This document shows positions 16,669 to 22,276 of a stretch of 24,991 bases of DNA, piece after piece; within the stretch, counting starts at the first letter, position 1; the number at the start of each line of letters is the position of its first letter. Made by a program: the position numbers and the translations under genes. The notes under the pieces are model-generated. The model did not search any database. It was not told the DNA's origin and saw only the letters and a list, made by a program, of their open reading frames with translations. This DNA is from an uncultured Gammaproteobacteria bacterium (GTDB lineage: Bacteria > Patescibacteriota > Microgenomatia > CAZETR01 > Amesbacteraceae): contig CAYIGO010000001.1 in NCBI GenBank assembly GCA_964362965.1, positions 1 through 24,991 on the forward strand, written 5' to 3'.

Positions 16669-17797
16669 AGACAGTTGAAGCAGCGGAACCAGAGTTGTGA
16701 TAGATTCTTCCAACACCGTAGGTGGCATCATAGGCAGATGCAAGTGGGCGATAGGCATCGTAGGTCAATGAGCCATATGAAGTAAGTGCAGTAAATTCCC
16801 GCCAAGCAAAACCCGATTGACCACTAACATCGGGTTGGTTTGCTTCGGTAATGGTGTCATTGGTCCATTCCCAAACGTTGCCAGGGATGTCCCAAATGTA
16901 GGCGCCGTTACTCAGTGTGAGAACGCGTTTTTGATTGCCAGCTGTTCCTGAAGTATTGTTCGCAGTATTTGTGGGACAGGAACTGGGGGCTTCGGTGGTA
17001 CCGGCAGTATCGGTGTAGGCGCAGGCATTGTTGCCGGTATCGGTCGTGGAAGCAACCACTGCCAGAGCCGGTGCGTTGTCATTGTGTCCGGCGTAAAGGT
17101 AACCGCTCCCGACTGAACCCAAACTCCAGTTACCGGCTTGGGCTTCGGCGTTTCGTGCAACCGTCATCCATTCATTGTTGGTAATAAGGTGAGTCGCACT
17201 GCCATTGATAGAGACAGTAGAACAGCGGGTGATGGCGTTGGTTTGAGAAACGTTCGCTATTGGATATCCAGAGGCAACCGAGACGACTGCTTTGGAGTTG
17301 GCGCTGGTACAGGCAGTCCCTGAATCGGAATACGTATGATATCCTGAATCAGGAGAGGTAAGTCCTGTTGTCAAGTCAGAGGTGGCTGCACATTTTGCTT
17401 CATATTTCATGGCCAAAAATTCAGTCGTAGAATAGGTGGCATCTGCTGGAACCGCAACCCAACCGGCAGGCGCTACTGCTGCCACACTCCAGGAAGTATT
17501 GTTGCTGGCAAAGGCGGGATTCGTGAGTTTATTGGCAACCGAGTGCGCTCCCGTATCATCAACCGTGACCAGCGTGGAATCGTAGGTGTACGTACCAGCA
17601 TTCGCCGTATTAAATGTCCAGGTTTTAGCGGTGTCATTGAGCGCAAAAATGCTGGTGATGCCTTTGAGCGTCAGATACGAGCCGGCGATGAGCCCGACGG
17701 TGATAAACAGAAGGGCAACAAGATTAAACTGAAACCGCGAAAAATGGAAGCGTGGGGTAAAGAGGTAGGTTTTGAGTTTAATTAATATTTGTCTCAT
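16658..17797 (-). CDS. N-terminal part of the DGR target: TM/signal plus CLec-fold (FGE-sulfatase-like) domain, truncated by TAG in the VR
   Basis: FLAMKYEA, HLITNNEWMTVARN and IWDIPGNVWEW motifs; the RGGxW motif follows immediately after the stop. Confidence 0.9.
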   Translation of the reverse strand: MRQILIKLKTYLFTPRFHFSRFQFNLVALLFITVGLIAGSYLTLKGITSIFALNDTAKTWTFNTANAGTYTYDSTLVTVDDTGAHSVANKLTNPAFASNNTSWSVAAVAPAGWVAVPADATYSTTEFLAMKYEAKCAATSDLTTGLTSPDSGYHTYSDSGTACTSANSKAVVSVASGYPIANVSQTNAITRCSTVSINGSATHLITNNEWMTVARNAEAQAGNWSLGSVGSGYLYAGHNDNAPALAVVASTTDTGNNACAYTDTAGTTEAPSSCPTNTANNTSGTAGNQKRVLTLSNGAYIWDIPGNVWEWTNDTITEANQPDVSGQSGFAWREFTALTSYGSLTYDAYRPLASAYDATYGVGRIYHNSGSAASTVYAF

Positions 17798-18615
17798 GTT
17801 AGTTTCTTTATACTTCCATTATTCAGTAACGACCGCATCTGAACGATAGCAATTTGATTCAGTTGAACTAGACGATCTGATTGGGATATTTTTCTTCTGA
17901 TTAACTCAGCGTTTATACCTTCCAAATTGGCCAAGACAACCAATTGAGTTACGTCAGCGTAATCACGAATATTTCCATCTTTGTTCGAATTTTCGTCACG
18001 CCAATCTTTAGCTGTTTTTCCAAACAGAGCTACATTGAGAACATCTGCTTCGCTGGCATAAACCATGTTGGCTCTATTGCCAGTGACATTTTCAGGAATT
18101 AAGTGTTCTTGAATTGCATCCGCGTGGATCTTGTAGTTAATTTTTGTGAGAGTTCTTTTGACATCCCAGCCAAGCGCCAGTTTTTGACTTTCTTCTTCTT
18201 TTAGTCGTTGGAATTCTTTGATTAAATACAATTTGAATTCAGCAGAGATCCAAGATGCAAACTCAAAGGCGATATCCTTATGGGCATATGTGCCACCAGT
18301 TCTTCCTTTTTTTGAAACCAATCCTATTGCATTGGTGGACTCTGTCCATTTTTTTGGAGTTAAAGAAAAGCTATTTAACCCTGCTTTTTGTCTAAATCCA
18401 TCGAATTCGATGGATTTAAAATCAGGATTATTTATCTTTTCCCAAAGTCCCAAAAATTCTATCGTGTCACGATTACGGAGCCAGTTTTGAATTATATAAT
18501 CACTTCTGTCCTCATCTTTATATCTGGCGATATCAGTCAAAGAGATATAGTCAGATTCCTTTTTAAAAAAAATGACAATTTCTATGCCTTTAACTGTAAT
18601 TTTTGTATTAGTCAT
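17794..18615 (-). CDS. KilA-N domain DNA-binding protein
   Basis: DYISLTDIA...IQNWLRNRDTIEFLGLWE...GGTYAHKDIAFEFASWIS. Its stop overlaps the target start (ATGA). Alternative starts at 18627 and 18630. Confidence 0.85.
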   Translation of the reverse strand: MTNTKITVKGIEIVIFFKKESDYISLTDIARYKDEDRSDYIIQNWLRNRDTIEFLGLWEKINNPDFKSIEFDGFRQKAGLNSFSLTPKKWTESTNAIGLVSKKGRTGGTYAHKDIAFEFASWISAEFKLYLIKEFQRLKEEESQKLALGWDVKRTLTKINYKIHADAIQEHLIPENVTGNRANMVYASEADVLNVALFGKTAKDWRDENSNKDGNIRDYADVTQLVVLANLEGINAELIRRKISQSDRLVQLNQIAIVQMRSLLNNGSIKKLT

Positions 18616-18728
18616 ATTTTTTCTCATCATTCAAAAATGCTCAAACACATACAAACAAAACGGCTGCTATGCAACCCCATACAATCATAATAGTATTTCT
18701 GAAAGAAATTGCAACGTTGCAAACTGCA

Positions 18729-19877
18729 TCACGGTCTCAATAGATGTTTTGTCAATCCGTGGCTATTGGCATGTTTGAAATGACCAATAATCGAGGCCTT
18801 TGTTTCGGCAAGTTTTTTGCTGGTTATCCGGCCATTTTTTACTTGTTTTTCTTTGGAGCGGTAGTTGCGCTCAATCCGGCGAAGCGTGGTACCACGAACC
18901 AGTACATGATCATAAAATGTCCGATACCCAACAAATGGCACTCCAGTTGAAACATTTTTGATGGTGAGTTTTTTAGGATGCAGGCAAAGATGGAGTTTCT
19001 CTTGGAGAAAAGCATCAATTGTCGCACAAAGCTGTTGTAAATACGTACGGTCGTGGTGCAACACAAAAAAGTCGTCCATATACCGCCCATACCAACGTAC
19101 TCTGAGACGGTCTTTAATAAAGTGGTCGAGTTCATTGAGGTAAATATTGGCAAAGAGCTGGCTCGTCAGATTGCCGATTGGTAAACCAGTTCTGTGCTTG
19201 ACCGAAATACTTGCTTTCGCACCATCCGAACTTGAATCAAAAAGAGAGAGCTGTGAGGGAACAAGTCTTTGGGGTGCTGTTAAATGGTGATGCGACGTAA
19301 CGATCGTTTGAATCAGTGCTAATGTTTTTGGGCAGTGAACGGTTTTACCCATAATCCGAAGAAGAATATCCCAGGATACACTTTGGAAGAATTTACGGAT
19401 GTCACACTGAAGAACATAGATTGACGTATTTTTACCATGAAAAGATCGGGCTGCCATGAGGAATTTTTTTAATCGCTTGGCAGCAAGATGTGTGCCTTTG
19501 TCTGTACGACATGCATAGGAGTCGTAAATAAATTGTTTTTCAAACAAGGGCTGGATCACATTGACTAATGCGTGTTGGATAACTCTATCTCGGAAATCCG
19601 GCGCGGCGATACTCCTGGTTTTTGGATCATGAAGCATGAAATAGGTATATGGACGCGGTACATATAGGCCCTGATCCAATTCCCATCGCAAATCAAAGAG
19701 GTTTTCCTCAAGTGAAAACGTGAACGCGCAAATCTTTCGCTTATAGCGATTATCCAGTTGTGCCTGCGTATGCGCGTACAATAAATTTTCTAAATTACAT
19801 AGCTGTGTATACATAAAACGACAAACCCCGCTCTCACAAGCAGGGCTTGTCTTCTTGTACCCCATTTCTGTTTTCAC
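18729..19877 (-). CDS. DGR reverse transcriptase (start uncertain: 19877, 19862 or 19814)
   Basis: FRDRVIQHA, DSYACR..KGTH, QCDIRKFF, GLPIGNLTSQLFAN (the DGR-type SQ motif) and YMDD; no maturase or endonuclease domain. Confidence 0.97.
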   Translation of the reverse strand: MKTEMGYKKTSPACESGVCRFMYTQLCNLENLLYAHTQAQLDNRYKRKICAFTFSLEENLFDLRWELDQGLYVPRPYTYFMLHDPKTRSIAAPDFRDRVIQHALVNVIQPLFEKQFIYDSYACRTDKGTHLAAKRLKKFLMAARSFHGKNTSIYVLQCDIRKFFQSVSWDILLRIMGKTVHCPKTLALIQTIVTSHHHLTAPQRLVPSQLSLFDSSSDGAKASISVKHRTGLPIGNLTSQLFANIYLNELDHFIKDRLRVRWYGRYMDDFFVLHHDRTYLQQLCATIDAFLQEKLHLCLHPKKLTIKNVSTGVPFVGYRTFYDHVLVRGTTLRRIERNYRSKEKQVKNGRITSKKLAETKASIIGHFKHANSHGLTKHLLRP

Positions 19878-20018
19878 CCATTTACTCTACCATCCGTATA
19901 TCGAGAATGATAAAAATACAGGCGTTATGTTTTTCCAACTCATGCTGGAATGGAAAAGACCGCTGTGATCCTAAAACCCTGGATATGCATCCGTAAACAC
20001 ATACCGCTCGTTCTGGCG

Positions 20019-20046
20019 TTTCCTTTGCGGGTACGGGCAAAGGAAA
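20019..20046 (-). ncRNA. Stem-loop in the DGR RNA spacer downstream of TR
   Basis: TTTCCTTTGC-N8-GCAAAGGAAA, a 10-bp perfect stem directly after the TR. Confidence 0.6.
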
Positions 20047-20053
20047 GAGATCG

Positions 20054-20168
20054 CTGGCGCAACGAAAGCCAATGTTGTTGTTCGTATTCCCCGGCGTGTT
20101 ATTCAGATTCGCTGTGAACGCCCCGGCGTTGGACGTGTTATTCCAATTGCCGCCGCGTTAGAAGGCGT
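20054..20168 (-). ncRNA. DGR template repeat (TR)
   Basis: Non-coding, between avd and RT. In the target frame it has 11 AAY codons (aat tgg aat aac ... aat acg aac aac aac att) and one TAA. Confidence 0.97.
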
Positions 20169-20199
20169 GTTGCGTTTTGACTGATCTTCCCCTTGTCTA

Positions 20200-20541
20200 T
20201 CATACACTTCGTGGCCCCATCCAACTTGAGAGCATCCGTCCGACTTCATTGAGCTTTTCAGCAGTCGTCACATATTGCTTAACACTCATAAGGCGCGTAT
20301 CTTTGGTAAGCCGCACTATGATACGCAAATAATCCAACGTGTCCGATGCTTCAGTTTGTAGGGCATTTCTTTCAATTCCTCGTGCTTTATTGGCTTTCAT
20401 GAGAAACATGAGAAGTGAGAGCGCCAATTCTTCAAGTCTTCTTCCGAGAATATGACGGTGATTTTTGGGTAAACGGTTGATGATGGGGTACAAGTAGAGG
20501 ATAAAATCGTAGGTTTTTTGGTGCAGGATGAATTTTTCCAT
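20200..20541 (-). CDS. avd: DGR accessory variability determinant (four-helix bundle)
   Basis: 113-aa basic helical protein (LPKNHRHILGRRLEE...LRIIVRL...EVGRMLSSW), directly upstream of the TR. Confidence 0.92.
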   Translation of the reverse strand: MEKFILHQKTYDFILYLYPIINRLPKNHRHILGRRLEELALSLLMFLMKANKARGIERNALQTEASDTLDYLRIIVRLTKDTRLMSVKQYVTTAEKLNEVGRMLSSWMGPRSV

Positions 20542-20592
20542 GTTTCCATTATGACAAAATAATCGGCTACGAATAAGGGGTCTTACCCCTCT

Positions 20593-20702
20593 TTTTGCAA
20601 GGGTTTCCGCTTCGCTTCAATAAACTGCACTTCGTTTGCCCTTGCAAAATTTCACCCTGCTTGCGGGTTCCCCTGATATGGGAGGCATGGCCATGCCTCC
20701 CA
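20593..20702. repeat. Inverted repeat cluster upstream of DUF2958
   Basis: TTTTGCAAGGG (20593-20603) pairs with CCCTTGCAAAA (20639-20649); perfect 24-bp palindrome TGGGAGGCATGGCCATGCCTCCCA at 20679-20702. Confidence 0.85.
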
Positions 20703-20747
20703 ACTATTAATTTCGGGAGGGACCAAAACAAAGGAGGTGAAAACAAT

Positions 20748-21062
20748 ATGAAGCTATTAACCAAAGAACTACTCGAGAGATTTGCCAAGGTCGGCAGACA
20801 AGAAGAAGTAAAAGATCCACTCGTCATTGCAAAGTTTTTTAACCCTAGCGGAGCGGGTACATGGTATGCCACGGAATATGATCCGCAGTCAAAGGAATTT
20901 TTCGGATACGTTTCTATCTTTGGAGATGAATGTGACGAATGGGGTTCGTTCTCCCTTGATGAATTACAAAATTATACGGGTAAGTTAGGGCTCGGCATTG
21001 AGCGAGATTTGTATTTTAGTGAGAAGCCAATTAGTGAGGTTGTCCCAAGTGCAAAGTTATAA
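20748..21062 (+). CDS. DUF2958-family protein
   Basis: AKFFNPSGAGTWYATEYD...EWGSFSLDEL...IERDLYF, with a strong SD AAGGAGGTGA before ATG 20748. Confidence 0.8.
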   Translation: MKLLTKELLERFAKVGRQEEVKDPLVIAKFFNPSGAGTWYATEYDPQSKEFFGYVSIFGDECDEWGSFSLDELQNYTGKLGLGIERDLYFSEKPISEVVPSAKL

Positions 21063-21069
21063 AAAGTTA

Positions 21070-21102
21070 CCCATCCGCGAGACTAACCACCTCGCGGGTG
21101 GG
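21070..21102 (+). repeat. Intergenic stem-loop
   Basis: CCCATCCGCGAG-N9-CTCGCGGGTGGG, 12 bp with one G-T pair and no U-tract. Confidence 0.65.
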
Positions 21103-21120
21103 ATTAGAAAGGATAAATAT

Positions 21121-21315
21121 ATGATCAGACTATTGCCAGTTTTTAAAGGATACACAGTCGATTTACGACTACAGGAGTTTAGAAAAATAGAAATGGATAA
21201 GCTACCGGAATTTATTCCGCTACTTAATGATAAAGGTGCTCGGTTGTTTTACGAGTTTCGCCGGACTGAGGAAGGACAAAGCGAAATTGATCGCGTTTTA
21301 GGCAGAAAAATCTAA
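21121..21315 (+). CDS. Small hypothetical protein (64 aa)
   Basis: SD-like GAAAGGA before ATG 21121; MIRLLPVFKGYTVDLRLQEFR. No family recognised. Confidence 0.65.
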   Translation: MIRLLPVFKGYTVDLRLQEFRKIEMDKLPEFIPLLNDKGARLFYEFRRTEEGQSEIDRVLGRKI

Positions 21316-21322
21316 ACGGTTG

Positions 21323-21357
21323 ATAACACCCTGGGGAATAATTCTTCGGGGTGTTAT
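21323..21357. terminator. Hairpin between convergent genes, probable bidirectional terminator
   Basis: ATAACACCC...GGGTGTTAT 9-bp perfect stem, extendable with G-T pairs. Confidence 0.6.
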
Positions 21358-22127
21358 TCGTCAGATGGTTCTACTTTTTCCCACTCACCAGAAAATGCAC
21401 CGTCTTGCGTGGTGACATATATTGATGTTTGATCAAGAGATGATTCGTCATAGATTTTTGCTAGGTATTTTTTGAGATATATTTGAATGCCTAATGTAGG
21501 GCAGATTAAAAGAATGGTTGGGAATGGGTGGCTTGTGACTTCTTCAAATGTGCCGTTATCAATGTAGTCGGTATATTGTTCGATGCGTTTTCGCAGAGTA
21601 AAGCGTGGCGCTCCCTCGTCGATAACTTCAACAAAATATCGTTTGGTTTCTAGTTTTTCATCGACTCGGGCAAAATAGGCATCAGGTAACGGATGGATAA
21701 TATATTTGTGAGCGAGTAAATCTGTTTTGGTGAAGAAATGAAGCGTGTGTTTTGATTTGGCTGATTCAGTGGTGAGATATTGATAATATTGGGCGATAAA
21801 TAAGGCGTGGGAAATAAATTGTTGAGATCTGATTTTTTCTCGATAAATTCGTTGGAGTGTTTTTGTCTCTATACCTTCGATGTTTTGTAATACCTTGATA
21901 CTACCTGAGGCAAGAAAATAAATAGCTGGTTGGTTCCCTGATCCAAGTGAACGGGTGTAGTGTTTGTTTATGTAATTTTGTGAAGTGAGAATTTTAAGAT
22001 GGTAATTTGTGAGGCGTGGTGTTTTGTCATTGAGTAAGTGTTGAATGTGGGTGCTGGTGAGAAATCGAAATCGGTAAAGTAGTTTGAGAATAGTACGTTG
22101 TTTGTCTGTAAGTGTTGGGTTGTCCAT
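21354..22127 (-). CDS. Replication-relaxation family protein (putative relaxase)
   Basis: N-terminal wHTH (LLYRFRFLTSTHIQ), ISH, then PDAYF...YFVEVI (PD-(D/E)xK-like); adjacent to the coupling protein. Confidence 0.8.
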   Translation of the reverse strand: MDNPTLTDKQRTILKLLYRFRFLTSTHIQHLLNDKTPRLTNYHLKILTSQNYINKHYTRSLGSGNQPAIYFLASGSIKVLQNIEGIETKTLQRIYREKIRSQQFISHALFIAQYYQYLTTESAKSKHTLHFFTKTDLLAHKYIIHPLPDAYFARVDEKLETKRYFVEVIDEGAPRFTLRKRIEQYTDYIDNGTFEEVTSHPFPTILLICPTLGIQIYLKKYLAKIYDESSLDQTSIYVTTQDGAFSGEWEKVEPSDE

Positions 22128-22142
22128 AATGTGTGTTTGTGC

Positions 22143-22266
22143 AGAATCTGGAATGATTCTATCATTCCTCTCCCTTATATATAAGGAATAAGAAGTAAAA
22201 GTAAAAATACAATATCCCTATCTAACGGCCTAAACTCAAATATCTCATTACCTACCGGTAGGTAAT
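22143..22266. repeat. Palindrome-rich intergenic region (candidate oriT or regulatory region)
   Basis: GAATGAT-tct-ATCATTC at 22151-22167, CCTTATATATAAGG at 22173-22186, ATTACCTACCGGTAGGTAAT at 22247-22266. Confidence 0.6.
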
Positions 22267-22276
22267 CAAATGACCC

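Larger units (their letters stand above)
13132..17797 (-). pseudogene. DGR target gene, currently interrupted: TM/signal, CBM-like plus CLec (FGE-sulfatase) domain, FN3 stalk; ~1,555 aa if repaired
   Basis: Aligning to the TR shows TAG at 16660-16658 and a 2-nt deletion between 16587 and 16586. Restoring both joins ORF 17797-16658 in frame to ORF 16410-13132 via YSNVGFRCASDP. Confidence 0.85.
16501..20541 (-). mobile_element. Diversity-generating retroelement core (avd, TR, RT, KilA-N, VR, hairpin)
   Basis: All canonical components are present and co-oriented, with adenine-specific TR/VR differences. Confidence 0.95.

Noticed and set aside
8825-17785. Numerous short overlapping ORFs (e.g. 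8825-9157, 10467-10928, 10968-11675, 13716-14147, 14831-15259, 16912-17160)
   Set aside because: They lie within well-supported genes on the opposite strand or in another frame, and have no starts or motifs supporting them.
18729-19877. RT as a group II intron, retron or CRISPR-associated RT
   Set aside because: It has the SQ motif, an adjacent avd and an adenine-specific TR/VR pair, with no maturase domain and no cas genes.
20595-20747. Extended N-terminus of DUF2958 from 20595, and ORF 20567-20872
   Set aside because: The strong SD supports ATG 20748, and the upstream region is hairpin-rich and looks non-coding.
20998-21120. Extended start of the small ORF at 20998
   Set aside because: It overlaps DUF2958 and a hairpin; the SD-like sequence supports 21121.
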